Assembly (NCBI RefSeq): GCF_006345805.1
Contig: NC_042997.1
Span: 210,676,001 to 210,740,000 of the forward strand
Source: Octopus sinensis
Taxonomy: Eukaryota
DNA: 64,000 bases
Reading direction: 5' to 3'
The position numbers were made by a program, and so were the translations under genes. Below, piece by piece: positions 1-13,868 of this stretch. Below the pieces are notes generated by a model. That model did no database searches and was not told the DNA's origin. It worked only from the letters and a program-made list of their open reading frames with translations. The number at the start of each line of letters is the position of its first letter. The stretch's first letter is position 1.

Positions 1-387
1 AAACACACACACACAACACATATACTTTTACTCGTTTCAGACATGTGGCCGTGGTCATGCTGGAGCACCACCATGGTCTTACTGACTTCCTCAGTCTGGG
101 TGTGTCACATCACCACTCCTGTATATAGCTTTGTCCCAGCTGTTGGTACATTTGGTATATAATTGGGTCTGATTCCGCAGCCCTCATCTGCATCTCATGT
201 CGGGCTGTTGGTTGATCCGGCATTGTGAACAGGAGGATGTTTAATTCCTTTTTGAAGACATCTACATCCACCTTATGCAAATATATCGACCGGTTTCGCT
301 TTCGCTATTCATGATATTATGGTTTACTTATTTGAATATGTATTTTCTTTGTCCATGTTGTTTGTGATGATATTTCCGAGCGAATGA

Positions 388-540
388 CTTCACTTGTTTC
401 AGTCATGAGACTGCGGTCATGCTGGAGCATTGTCTTGAATTTTTTAGTCGAATCAATTGACCTCTGTACTTATTTTTTAAGCCTTGTACTAATTCTATCG
501 GTATCTTTTGCCGAACCGCTAAGTAACGGGGACGTAAAAG
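388..540 (-). mobile_element. SINE family B, 3' fragment
   Basis: Matches the tail of the copy at 13350-14090 (cttgtttcagtcat...gccgaaccgctaagtaacggggacgtaaa). Confidence 0.8.
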
Positions 541-805
541 TAACAATAACAAAACAACAATATATAGCCATGTAACTATAGACCTGCTGCTGGTGATTTC
601 TTTTCCGTCTTTGGGCTTTACTCCTTCTCATTTCCGACGAAGAGCTGTGCTCGAAAAGTCAAAAACTCTCTCTTTTTACTGAGCGTCAAACTAATACATG
701 CCAGGTGCACGTCCTCTTGTTGTCTGCTATTGTTAATTTTAATGTTCGATTATCTTTTTGACTATACATACATACATACATACAACATACATACATACAT
801 ACGTG

Positions 806-852
<47 letters not shown>

Positions 853-1120
853 ATAGAGAGAGAGAGAGAGAGATAAGAAAGTTGGTTTGTGAAAGCACGT
901 GGTTGAATATATAGAAAATAGTAAAAAGTGAAAAAACTACAGAAGGCTTAAAGTTTAAAAATATATATATTTGCGTCAATATGTCTGAAGAATATTAAAA
1001 TTTTTTTTTCCTTACAATGACATAGTTTAGAAGAAAGACCGGTCGCGTTTAGCTTTTCAATTTCTTACGACGTTATGTTTATGTTGAATAGAGTTATCGT
1101 TATGTTTGTTTAAAAGAGTT

Positions 1121-3082
1121 CTAAATAAGGGGAGGTAATGAGTGATTTCTTCCGGTGTAAGGAGATAATCGCTTAAAATTTTTTCCTTTCCCTTGGTGTG
1201 AATTTCTCTGTATCAGTATGTTGGCATGGTTAAGTCTGGGCTTGTACTTTTCAATGAAGAATGTTTCCTTGTTTAGTCTAATTTGTGTTGATGATCCGAT
1301 AGCACATTGGTAAAATGGAAAGATTAAAAATTGTGGTAGTAGTTGCTTTGCGCATTTCTCAATGTGCTCACTAAAAGGTATCATTCTGTACTCTGGGAAT
1401 GCAATCTGTTGTCGATGCAGTGTGCATCTACGTCTGAGTGATAGTCCCGTGGATCCACGTAGTCTTGGTGGCAGTCCGAGCATTTTATGACATAATTATG
1501 TTTTCAGAGGCACAAGTAAAGCTAGATTTGATCTTGAATTTCTGTCCCTCTTTAAAGAGGAATTCTGATCCTTCTAGCAGGTTTGGACATGTTGCACAGT
1601 TTGATCTACCACATTTTTTTACTTTTGCATCCGTAATTTCAGAAAACAATTTTGCCTTTGTGAGAATCTTTTTAAGTGATTTAGGTTGTTTGTAGCTTTT
1701 AATGATTTGGTGTATGTTTAGAATTTCCTTTAATTTGGGGTCCTTATGAAGTATTGGTAAATTCTGGGTGATGATGGTGAAGGCTTCTTTGTTTCTGGGG
1801 TTGTATGTAGATATGTAAGGTAGTATTTTCGGGGAAGGTGTGTTGTTGTGTTGAACTTTTCTTAAAGTTTCTATGTTGATTTCTGTTGCACGTCTGATCC
1901 CATCCTCTATGAGTTGAGCTGGGTAATGTCTGTCAATTAGGGTGTTTTTGAGTTCTTGCAGTCTAAAGTTCCTGGTATTTTGTTCTGACACTATTGTGCA
2001 TATCCTTCTTGCAAGGTTGAAGAGTATGTTTGTTTTAGTGTGTCTTGGGTGGCATGAATTAAAAAGAAGGTATTGTTTGGCGTCTGTGGCTTTGTAAAAA
2101 GTGTCTGTTTCTATTTTAAGGTTAATTTTTAAAATTAGTATAGCCAAGAACGGGAGCTCCTTTTGGTTGTATTCCATTGTGAACTGTATATTTGGGTTTA
2201 TGCTGTTCAATAGGTTTTTAAATTTTAGGAGTTTATCTGTGTTTTCATTCCAGAGTATAAAACAATCGTCTAAGAATCGTTTCCAATTCTCTTTTATGTA
2301 TTGAGAAAGGGGGTTTCCAAAGATTGATAAAGATTCCTGGTAAATGATTATTTCCATGTAGCCCATTGTTAGGTTCGCAATGACTGGTGCTGCCCTTGTA
2401 CCCATAGCAATTCCGGATTTTTGACGGTAAAATGTATTGTCAAACATGAAGTGGTTATTATGTAGGATGAATTCAATTGATTTAGTAATGAATTCTTTAC
2501 TGATCCTTTTTGGTATTTCTTCCGGAAATTGGTCCAGCCAGAACTGTATTGCCTCTAGTCCATAATTATGAGGTATACTGGTATATAAGTTAACTACATC
2601 AAATGAAACCAGGATTGTTTCTTCCTTGGCTTTTTTTGGAAGGTGGTTTAACATATCTAAGTCATCTCTGATATGGCTATCGATATGTTTAAGGAAGGGT
2701 TTCAGGAGGATGTCCATAAATAGACTTAGTCTGTGTGTTTCACAGGTTGGGCCAGCTACAATGGGTCGTAGTGTTAGGTCCCCCGGGTTAGGTGTGTGTA
2801 TGTATGTCTTTGGTGATTTCTTAATGGTTTCATTTATAATTTGGCTTTTATGAATTTTTGGCAGACCATAGAAAAGGCTAGGTTTGCATTTAAAGTTTGT
2901 TAGAAAGTCAATCTCTTTGGTTGTTAGTTCCTTTTCATGGGTTTTAATTAGTGAAGATAGAGTTTTCATTATTTTTTGTGGGGTGTAGTTGGTAACTTTT
3001 TCATAATGTAGGTCGTCATCAAGCAAGGAACTTACAAGATTTCTATAGTATGATGTATCCATTATTACAACTGCATTTCCCT

Positions 3083-3086
<4 letters not shown>
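1121..3086 (-). mobile_element. Penelope-like retroelement, 5'-truncated: reverse transcriptase + Cys-rich linker + GIY-YIG endonuclease (frameshifted)
   Basis: ORF 1485-3272 has PLE RT motifs DKGNAVVIMD, FYGLPKIHK, LRPIVAG, SFDVVNLYTSIP, GIAMGTRAAP, RFLDDCF, linker CGRSNCATC and FTCASENII. ORF 1121-1483 continues the nuclease (GSTGLSLRRRCTLH...E.FFIEKY.P.LN). The element stops at the (TA)n tract at about 3087. Confidence 0.93.
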
Positions 3087-3126
<40 letters not shown>

Positions 3127-3624
3127 CGTAAATGTCGAACAGCGAAAATGAGTGCTGAACACCGCACTGGTGCATATAATTTCTTTATTTGTGAATTAAG
3201 GCTACCTTTCTCCATGTGATTGGCTTGAAAAATTGTTAAGACACTTGAATATTTTCTTACTTTTCGTAACATGAAACCAATGGTAGCCTTAATTCACACA
3301 CACACGCGCATATATATTCATATACATATGAATATATACATAGATGCATATATATATATATATATATATATTAATAATATCAAAGGGTAATCAGAAATAT
3401 TTGAAATTTCCACTACCATGGGTTTAGCGTGTAAAAATTTAGTCAATAGACTATATATAATACATATAAACACAGTGTACATTTAAACACATAAGGGGCA
3501 TCCATCATAGGACTTCTTGCACGCTAGAGAGGACAGTTAAATTCCAAACCACAATTAAGGATAAAATTTCGAAGGGAATGAAAAATAAAAATATGGTAAA
3601 TGGTATATATATATGTATGTGTCC

Positions 3625-3815
3625 GCGTGTGTATCGTTGGCGATTTTTTTCCTCCGTCTTCCCTTCCTTGGATCTTTCCTTTTTCTATGTTTCTGACGAA
3701 GAGTTCCGCTGGAAACGTTAACTCCTTCTTTCTTTCCTTTCCTGAGCGTCCAATAACACTATACTTCTTCCACGTCCTAGCGTTGTTGTGTTTTCTCTTT
3801 GTGTTTTCATGTTTG
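3625..3815 (+). mobile_element. Short PLE-LTR-like repeat with degenerate hammerhead (3689-3722)
   Basis: GTTT-CTGACGA-A-GAG..GCT-GGAAA-CGTT-AAC. A homologous copy lies at 35355-35535 (-) and diverged relatives at about 600-730 and 8590-8750. Confidence 0.6.
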
Positions 3816-4239
3816 GAGTAGGCTATTGCATGGGTAGACGTAAAAATGTGCGCGAGGGGATATTTAGGGTTGGTGTTGTTAGAGTTGAAAGGACAGGGTC
3901 TGGCATATGTGGGGAGGGCCGTCGAAGGCATCTGGCTGGAGGTGGATGAGGGTTAGCGAGCTTCTCATTAAAAGGTGTAAAGATTCTAGTGTCCTTTGAA
4001 CGAGAGAAGAGGTGGAGCATTTACGAGGAGAGAAGTGATTTAATGAGGAGTTGGTCGGGGGTGGGGGAAGGCGAAGCAGCAGCAACAGCAGCAGCAGCAG
4101 GTCCGACTGACTAATTAATCACTTCCTGCTACCTTATTTTTCTTTTTATCTTTTCTTTTCGTTTCTATTTTTAGAATTTAAATTTCCAGATTTTTTGTCT
4201 CCGCAGAAACTTATTTCTAGATTTTGCGCTTATCGTTGT

Positions 4240-4351
4240 CATCGTCACCATCATCCCCATCACCGTCCCCCCCTCTTCCCCCTTATGATGATGAGGATGA
4301 AGCGATCAGTGACGATGATGATGATGAGGATGATAATCTTCATCATCATCG

Positions 4352-4383
<32 letters not shown>

Positions 4384-4731
4384 GTCATCAACATCATTAT
4401 TATCCTCCTCCTCCTCATTATCATCATCAACATCCTGATCCTCCTCCTCCTCCTCATCATCATCATCATCCTGATCCTCCTCCTCCTCCTCGTCATCATC
4501 ATCCTGATCCTCCTCCTCCTCCTCATCATCATCATCCTGATCCTCCTCCTCCTCCTCCTCCTCCTCCTCCTCATCATCATCATCCTGATCCTCCTCCTCT
4601 CCTCCTCGTCATCATCATCATCTGTCCTCCTCCTCCTCCTCCTCCTCCTCGTCATCATCATCCTGATCCTCCTCCTCCTCCTCTTCATCATCATCCTGAT
4701 CCTCCTCCTCCTCCTCATCATCATCATCATC

Positions 4732-4764
<33 letters not shown>

Positions 4765-4860
4765 CTGATCATGATCATGATGATCACCACCACCAAATCT
4801 ACCACGGCTACAGCGACGACACCACCACCACCACCACCACCGCCACCATCATCATCTATT
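4240..4860. repeat. Compound (CAT)n/(CCT)n/(CAC)n trinucleotide repeat
   Basis: Direct reading; it produces the low-complexity His/Pro, Ile/Leu and Met/Arg ORFs. Confidence 0.9.
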
Positions 4861-5131
4861 TATTATCGGCCAGAATATGTTCAGTAAATATTGTTGCTGT
4901 CCGTTCCAGGTGTAGATTGTTGAGTTTGAACGGTGAGTGGGCGGGAAGGTGGGTGGTGGGAAGGGCTGGGGGATGTGGGTGTGGTCGGGGTGATGGGGAC
5001 GGGGACAAGGACCGAGAGATGAAGGTGAGGGAAGAGGAAGGGCTGAAGATCGATAACCAAACAAAAGAATGATTGAAAAATACACCTTTTATGTGCGTCT
5101 ATATCTAGCTTTCCTTCTTTCTTTCCTTCCT

Positions 5132-5167
<36 letters not shown>

Positions 5168-5246
5168 TTTTCCTTCCTTGCTTCTATCTATCAATCTATC
5201 TGTCTGTCTGTATGTCTATCTGTCTGTCTATTCCTCTTTCTCTCTT

Positions 5247-5345
5247 NNNNNNNNNNNNNNNNNNNNNNNNNNNNNNNNNNNNNNNNNNNNNNNNNNNNNN
5301 NNNNNNNNNNNNNNNNNNNNNNNNNNNNNNNNNNNNNNNNNNNNN
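5247..5345. other. Assembly gap
   Basis: Run of N. Confidence 1.
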
Positions 5346-7086
5346 NTCCACTCCTTTTCTGCTTGGCACTGTCACCTCTATCTGATATGCTAAATAGAAC
5401 TGGATGTGGATATAAATGTTACGGCAAAACGATCAGCCACCTTTTATATATGGATGACCTAAAACTTACGCTACAAATGATAAACAGCTGGAAACACTAT
5501 TAAAGACAGTTCATGGATTCACCAAAGAAATAGATATGAAATTTGGATTAGAAAAATGTGTCAAAGTAACCCTGAACAGAGGAAAACTAGTTAAGAGCAG
5601 CAACATCACACTAGATAAAGCAAATGAAATAAGAGAATTAGACCAAAGCCAAACTTACAAATATTTAGGAATTCATGAACTAGATAAGACACAACACACA
5701 CAAATGAAAAAGAAGATAAAGAAAGAATACTATAGACGAGTTAGATCAATGATAAAAACAGAGCTTAATGCTAAAAACAAGATAATAGGTATTAACACTT
5801 TAGCTGTCCCAGTTATAAGTTACAGCTACAATACTAAATGACGCTACTGAACACTAAATGAACTAACCAAAATAGACAGGAAAACAAGAAAAATAATGAC
5901 AGGATCTAGGATGCACCACCCAAAATCTGACATAGAAAGGCTATATATACAACGTATAGAAGGTGTAGAGGCCTTATAAAGCTGGAAAACTACTATAAAA
6001 TAACACCATATAGGACTGCAAAAATATCTACTTCAGAAGGAGGAAAACTGATACAAATAGCGGCAAAACACGAGCAAAACAAAAAACTGTTCTCAGTATT
6101 AAGGAAGCTGACAAATACAAACAAGAAATCATACCACCCTAACAACTATAGAAGAAGAAAAGAAGAAAGAAGAAGAAGAAGAAGAAGAAGAAGAAGAAAG
6201 AAGAAGAAGAAGAAAGAAGAAGAAGAAGAAGAAGAAGAAGAAAAAGAAGAAGAAACGGACCATGATAAATACTGGGCTAAACTAAGTGCAAAAGAAATAG
6301 ACAAAGAAGAATCCCAGCAATGGTTGAGAAGCTCAGGACTCAAAGCAGAGACAGAGGGATTTTTAATTGCAGCACAAGACCAAAGCCTCCCCACCAGAAA
6401 TTACCAAAAACATGTAATGAAAGTAACTGCAGAATATGTGGAGTTGGACAAAAAACAATAAATCATATTATCTCTAGCTGCCCAGTCCTGGCTAAGAAGG
6501 AATATATTCACAGACATGACAGAGTTGGAACCTACATACATTGGAAGCTATGCCAACATTATGGAATAACAACAGAAAAAAGATGGTATAGGCACACACC
6601 AGAAAAGGTCACAGACAACGAGAAAGCAACCATACTCTGGGATATGCCAATACACACAGATGGAGAAATTAAGGCCAACAGGCCAGATATAGTTGTCAGA
6701 GATCATGAAGAAAAAAATGCTTTCTAATTGATGTATCAATACCAGCAGATGACAACGTTTCTCAAAAAGAAATGGAGAAACTCTCAAAATACAAAGACTG
6801 GAAATAGAGATAACTAGAATGTGGAATCTAAAACAGAAACAATCCCTATCATAGTGGGCGCATTAGGCATGATAAAAATATATTCAGACAAATACATAAC
6901 AAAAACACCAGGACTTACAAATATATAACATACAGAAAATTGCACTACTGGGCACTGCACACATCCTACGCAGAACACTTTCCATACAATAACCATCAGA
7001 GCATCACAACAAATCACAGCACATACCCAAGGCACACAGAGCTGCGCTCGGTAGTGAAGTGAAAGCACACTATAAAAATAAAACTA

Positions 7087-7090
<4 letters not shown>
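5346..7090 (+). mobile_element. R4/Dong-like non-LTR retrotransposon (RT + CCHC + restriction-like endonuclease), decayed 3' part
   Basis: PLLFCLALSPLS, HLLYMDDLKL, MKFGLEKC, YKYLG, CRICGVGQKTINHIISSC, RHD, RPDIV. It has frameshifts, and the 3' end abuts (TAA)n, the known Dong target. Confidence 0.88.
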
Positions 7091-7166
<76 letters not shown>

Positions 7167-7286
7167 CAACAACAACAACAGCAACAACAACAACGACATC
7201 AACAACAACAACAACAACAACAATAATAATAACAGTAATAATCATAATAATAATAATAATAATAATAACAACAACAACAGCAGCAG

Positions 7287-7324
<38 letters not shown>

Positions 7325-7336
7325 ATAATAATAACA

Positions 7337-7370
<34 letters not shown>

Positions 7371-7371
7371 C

Positions 7372-7410
<39 letters not shown>

Positions 7411-7445
7411 GCAATAATAATAACAGTAATAATAATAATAATAAT
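7090..7445. repeat. (TAA)n/(CAA)n microsatellite
   Basis: Direct reading. Confidence 0.95.
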
Positions 7446-8007
7446 TCTGAGATTGAATTTTTAAATATTTAATACATTGCTACTCACGTTTCAGCAAATC
7501 ACATGATTTTTACATCAGAGTCCGTATCATTGGGATTAGTATGGTATAGTCCATATTATCCTTGGGTATCCGGTTGATAACCATCATTGATCCATTTCAT
7601 TGGGGGATGCTGCATTATTGGGTGAATCACAGAGGGAGGTTTATTACTCCTTGCCAATATGAAGGCGAATGTGGGTTTTTCATACCCCTAACGTTACCAT
7701 AATCGAATTTAATATATATATATATGTACATACATACATGCATTCATATATATATATATTGGCTTAGATTTCCCTTGGGGGCTGCCCAGATCGGAGCAAT
7801 CTCAAGATTAATCAGCCGAAATTGCGAAGATGATCCGGTTCTTGACTGATGATTGAGGGCTTCGAATGTCCCGTCCTGTGTTTCTTGTGTCGTCTTCTAG
7901 GTGTTTCACGTTCTTGTCCCAGTTTGTATATTTTTTTACTTTTACATATATATATATATATATATACACAAACACACACCACACACATATGTAACATATA
8001 TGTATAT

Positions 8008-8548
8008 GTGGTGGCTGCCCGCTCGTTATCGAGTATGGCCATTGCACGAAGCTTAATCAATGTTGTTATCGTGCAATGCCTGTGCAAGAAGATTCTTTTT
8101 AAAGTGAGGAAAGGCTGTGCACTGAGTCAATCCCACTCACTAAGCAACAGCAGCCATAATACGAAAAGAAGAACAAGTTAACATCATCGGTAATCACTGA
8201 GCCGCAGGTTTTATGTCAGAGTTATGCTAGTTACCTGAGTTACCTTCTCCTAGAAGGATGCCCTAACAAAGGCTAGGAGTCCTTCACTCCCAATGGTTTA
8301 ACCGCGCGATCGGGTATTCAGTCCGATTATTTCTATGTCCCCGCGCATGATACAGCTTTAAGGCATTTATTGGATGGCCGTTCCTCCGACCTTTGACGGG
8401 TTTTGTTTTTCATCCCGCAGGGTGTTCAATAAACACCCTCCTCACCAAGCAAGCCCGGTGGGGTTGCCGATTTAGTCGCCGACGACCCGACCATGGAACA
8501 GGTTGTACGGGGTTACATGTTACTAGTAGCACTCGAAAGTGACCTGAC
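8008..8548. mobile_element. Unclassified interspersed repeat between microsatellites
   Basis: Its first ~45 bp (ggctgcc..ctcg.tatcgagtatggccattgcacgaagctta) recur at 35800-35845. Confidence 0.45.
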
Positions 8549-8770
8549 ATACATACATACATACATATATCCAGACACGCTTGTTATCTCCACCGTTGTT
8601 TTTTTCTTTCTTCTTTCCGTCAGTTTTTTTCTCTCCTCGTTCCTTTCTCTAAAAGAGACTCGGCTCGAAACGTTGAAGACTTCTTCCAGTTTTCCTAATG
8701 TTTGTTCTTGGTTGTTTCCTCGCATGTCTGTCTCTTGTTTATAGTATTTTCGTCTTTTCTAAACTATATA

Positions 8771-8802
<32 letters not shown>

Positions 8803-8814
8803 GGTCGTTTCTTA

Positions 8815-9220
8815 AACTCTTTTTACTTGTTTCAGTCATGTGACTCTGGCCATGCTGGAGCACCGCCTCTAGTCGAGCAAATCGACCCCAGGACTTATTC
8901 TTTGTAAGCCTAGTACTTATTCTATCGGTCTCTCTTTTGCCGAACCGCTAAGTTACGGGGGCGTAAACACACCAGTTGTCAAGTTTGAGGGGAGACAAAC
9001 ACAGATACACAAACATATATACACACATACATAAATATATATATATACATATATACGACAGGCTTCTTTCAGTTTCCGTCTACCAAATCCACTCTCAAGG
9101 CTTTGGTAGACCCGAGACTATAGTAGAAGACACTTGCCCACGGTGCCACGCAGTGGGACGGAACCCGGAACCATGTAGTTGGTAAGCAAGCTACTTACCA
9201 CATAGCCACTCCTACGCCTA
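8815..9220 (-). mobile_element. tRNA-derived SINE family B (CORE-like, internal microsatellite)
   Basis: Head aggcgtaggagtggctatgtggtaag...ccgggttccgtcccactg, and a tail shared with about 10 copies in the window. Confidence 0.85.
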
Positions 9221-10208
9221 TATATATATATCACCGCGCAATGACTAAGGAAAATAATCTAATAAAGAGGGATATACGACCTCGACAGAAAAGAGAAGGC
9301 TTTCCTTATCCGCTGGTGTAAAGATAACACACTTAGTCGCGTTAGCAAAGGGATGCGTGTTCGTGCCCCACGCGCATAGGAAAGCCTTCTTTTCTTTTTC
9401 TCTTGAGGCCTTATATGCCCCTTTATTAGACTATTTTCCTTAGTCATTGCATGGTGATCACAATAAGTTCTGAGCTTATTATTACTTTCAGGATTGTAAA
9501 ACACGGCGCCGTATTAAAAAAAAAACCCATTCGCACCGAAAGCATAAACGGAGTCTGGACAGATTTCTTCAAGGAATACCAGATAAGCCACCCATACCTG
9601 GATACAACTCACTCAACAAGAACTCACTGCTTGAATGGAGTATAAACAAAACTTGACTTTAAAAGGATTTAGATAATCTTGCCGGAGCCTCGTGGAGCTT
9701 TGGGTGTTTTCGCCCAATAAACACTCATAACGTCCGGTCTGGAAATCGAAACCGCGATCCTACGACCGCGAGTCCATCAACTAAACCACAAATCTCGACA
9801 TTATTTTTCAAAGCTTTGGCGTCGCTATTCCTGAGAAACTCTCGGAACCTCTTCACCTCCTCTTCAGAATTAAACGACGGTTCAGTTCTCAGCAACTGGT
9901 CACGCGCCACTCCCGCTCCCCCGTCTCACTGCTTCCCCCACCATCGTGTCAGCCATGTTGGGTCTAAAGTTCACCCCCCCCACCAACCCCTTTATTAACC
10001 GCCGCAGACCAATCTTGGCAACTCAGAATGGGAGAGTAAAAAATAGCAGTGATCCTTACATCTCCACCGCCGCCGCCACCACCACTACCAATCACCACCA
10101 CCACCACCACTACCAACTACTACTACAACAACAACGATAACAACAGGAACAACAACAACACAGCCACGTTTATGACGAACGATACAGTCACCTGCACTTC
10201 TTCCAACA

Positions 10209-10443
10209 CCTATTTCTTCACTGCTCACAAGGGGCTAAACACAGAGGGGACAAACAAGCACAGACAAAGGGATTAAGTCGATTACATCAACCCCAGTGCG
10301 TAACTGGTACTTATTTAATCGACCCTGAAAGGATGAAAGACAAAAGTCGACCTCGGCGGAATTTGAACTCAAAACGTAAAGACAGATGAAATACCGCTAA
10401 GCATTTCGTCCGGCGCGCTAACGGTTCTGCCATCTCGCCGCCT
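10209..10443 (-). mobile_element. tRNA-derived SINE family A, monomer with TSD
   Basis: A/B-box head ggcggcgagatggcagaa...gagttcaaattcc; TSD tgcacttct(t/a)ccaacacc. Confidence 0.88.
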
Positions 10444-10887
10444 TGCACTTCTACCAACACCACGGCCTCTATTACAACAGTCACCACCACCACCACTAAC
10501 ACCACCACCGCCACCACCACCACCACCACCACCACCACCACCACCACCGTCACCAACACCACCACCGTCACCGCCGCCACCACTACCTCTACCTCACTCA
10601 ACAACAACAATAATCCGACCTCCCCACAGTGGTTGGTCGCTGGTGTTTAGCCCTAGGCTAACCCATCTTCGTGTTGCATCACAACACAATCGGAATTGGC
10701 TCGTCTATGCAGTCGCAGTATCTCCTCGAAATAGCAGCCGCAACTACCTCAAATCAGGCGCTACCACCCGACAGAAAGGAATTACACAATCATCAGTGTA
10801 GTCCTAGATACGCTATGCGCGCTCGGTTTGGCTCGCTGGGGGCTAAACAACATTCTACTCATAAATTGCTACCATTTGTCGTACTTT

Positions 10888-11338
10888 AAGAGAGGGAGAG
10901 GGGGAGAGAATGAGAGAGAGAGGAGAGTAAGTGAGAGAGAGAGAGTGTAAGAGAGAGTGAAAGCGAGAGAAACAGATAGAGACAGAGAGTGAATGAAAGT
11001 AATAAACAAAGAAAGAAGGAAATAAAGAAAGAGTGAGAGAGAGTGAGAGAGAGAAAAAGAGAGAGAAAGAAAGAAAGGGTGAGAGATAGTGAGAGAGAGA
11101 ATGTAAGAGAGAGTGAAAGTGAGAGAAACAGAGAGAGACAGAGAGTGAATGAAAGTAAGAAACGAAGAAAGAAGGAAAGAAAGAAAGAGTGAGAGAGAGT
11201 GAGAGAGAGAGAAAGAAAGAAAGAAAGAGTGAGAGAGAGTGAGAGAGAGTGTAAGAGAGAGTGAAGGTGAGGGAAACAGAGAGAGACAGAGAGTGAATGA
11301 AAGTAAGAAAGAAAGAAAGAAAGAAAGAAAGAGTGAGA

Positions 11339-11390
<52 letters not shown>
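10888..11390. repeat. GA-rich compound microsatellite/minisatellite
   Basis: Direct reading; recurring higher-order unit gagagtgaatgaaagtaa. Confidence 0.9.
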
Positions 11391-11391
<1 letters not shown>

Positions 11392-11780
11392 AGGATTGGG
11401 TGAATGGAAGGAATAGAAATGAGTTGGACTCAGTTTCCGAATTCCAACGCCTCACTATTTTAGAATACCAAAAAACGTATTTGTAGCTCATTGCAAATTT
11501 CATCATGTTTTTGGTGTGACAGAAATACCAACGAGTCTCTCGGGTTGCTAATTCCTTCTATGTTAAGTGTAATAGAAACGTGGCGGTATTCCTGGCAGGT
11601 TGCTAATTTCTTTCCTCTTTAATATGAAACATCTATATTGGATTGATACATTGGCACCAACAAACGTTTCTATGACTTCTAACTTAGAGACAGGTCAGAA
11701 ATTTGCAAAATGGGCAGACTCAAAGTTGTGACAGACATAACGTGTTGGTTAAAACTATCCTCAGTATATAACTGATATAT

Positions 11781-12375
11781 TTATTTCTTTTATTGCCCAC
11801 ACGGGGCTAAACATAGAAGGGACAAACAAGGACAGACAAACGGATTAAGTCGATTACATCGACCCCAGTGCGTAACTGCTACTTATTTAATCAACCCCGG
11901 AAGGATGATAGGTCGACCTCGGCGGAATTTGAACTCAGAACGCAACGGCAAACGAAATACCTATTTCTTTACTACCCAAAAGGGGCCAAACACAGAGAGG
12001 ACAAACAAGCACAGACAAACGGATTAAGTCGATTATATCGACCCCAGTGCGTAACTGGTACTTATTTAATCGACCTCGAAAGGATGAAAGGCAAAGTCGA
12101 CCTCGGCGGAATTTGAGCTCAGAACGCAACGGCAAACGAAATACCTATTTCTTTACTACCCACAAGGAGCTAAACACAGAGAGGACAAACAAGCACAGAC
12201 AAACGGATTAAGTCGATTACATCGACCCCAGTGTATAACTGGTACTTATTTAATCGACCTCGAAAGGTTGAAAGGCAAAGTTGACCTCGGCTATTTTGAA
12301 CTCAGAACGTAACGGCAGATGAAATACCGCTAAGTATTTCGCCCGGCGTGCTAACCATTCTGCCAGCTCGCCGCC
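11781..12375 (-). mobile_element. SINE family A, one head + three tandem bodies
   Basis: Three ~185 bp units; flanks tatataactgatatat / tatataactagtatat look like a single TSD. Confidence 0.85.
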
Positions 12376-12985
12376 CTATATAACTAGTATATGACTGTCA
12401 CGTTACATGATGAAAGGAAAACTTAACCCCGGGGTGGGTATTTCTACCCAGAAAGGTAAAAGATGTATAAAACTAAATCTATGATATTTCATTTTTCGCT
12501 CTACCAATTCTCCCAATCTTTCACCATTTTCTCCACCATTCTACCAATCCTACCCCATGCACCACCGTTTTCTCGGTCACTCCACCGATTCTGTCCAATG
12601 TCTCCTTATCTTTTATCTTTTATTTGTTTCAGTTCATTTGACTGCGGCCATGCTGGAGCACTGCGCTATCCATCATTCTGCCAAAACACCACCGTTTTTT
12701 GCCAATATATTGTAACTGTCACAACTCTGAGAATCTATCAATTTCCTGTCCGCAATATCGATAATATTACAAATGCTAAGATGAGAGTGTGGGTGTGGGT
12801 GTAGCTGTGTGATAAGAAGTTGGTCTCCCAACCACAAGGTTCTGGTTTGAGGAGTCCCACTGCATGACGCCGAGGGCAAGTCTCTTTTACTATAACCCCG
12901 GGCCGACCAAATTTGGCAGGCGGGAAAAGGCCAGTTAAGTATATATATATACATATACATATACACACACACACACACACACACA

Positions 12986-13095
<110 letters not shown>

Positions 13096-13349
13096 TGTAT
13101 ATAGTTGAAATTTACTAAAAAAATCAAAAGATGAAGCCAGGTGTATAAACAACAAGCAGGTGTGTTAGTTTGACGCTCGGGAAGGTGAGAAAGTCTTTTG
13201 CGATTCGAGACTATGCACTTCAACAGAAAGGGACACCAGAAAATAAACAGAGAAGTGAGGCTCTCAACCATGTTTCTCTTTTTTACCTATGGACCTCTTT
13301 TGATTCCCATTTTACTCAGATGTTTAAAAAAAGCACATTATATTATTAG

Positions 13350-13521
13350 AAGGCGCAGGAGCGACTGTGTGGTAAGAAGCTTGCTTACCAACCACATGGT
13401 TCCGGGTTCAGTCCCTATGCATGGCACCTTGGGCAAGTGTCTTCTACTATAGCCTCGGGCCGACCAAAGCCATGTGAGTGGATTTGGTAGACGGAAACTA
13501 AAAGAAGCCCGTCGTACATAT

Positions 13522-13568
<47 letters not shown>

Positions 13569-13806
13569 TTTATTTAAAGCAGCAGAAAATTCAACAAAAC
13601 CTGTTACTCTGAGTTTCCCGTTGCCGTTCATCGGACAGTTCTTGCTAGCAAAAACTGTCCGATGAACGGCAACGGGAAACTCAGAGTAACAGGTTTTGTT
13701 GAATTTTCTGCTGCTTTAAATAAAGCATATTATTCTGCCACTGGTATTTGAGTACTCTTTTTCCACCTTGTTTCACATTTATGTGTTTACTCCGGTATAT
13801 ATATAT

Positions 13807-13868
<62 letters not shown>

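Noticed and set aside
3087-3272. N-terminus of the 595 aa ORF
   Set aside because: Read-through across (TA)n into unrelated sequence; the PLE is truncated at the microsatellite.
4195-5072. Long His/Pro-, Ile/Leu- and Met/Arg-rich ORFs
   Set aside because: Pure CAT/CCT triplet repeat, open in several frames; no independent coding evidence.
7482-7521. Hammerhead-like motif on minus strand
   Set aside because: A9 is changed and there is G at the cleavage position; at best a dead relic.
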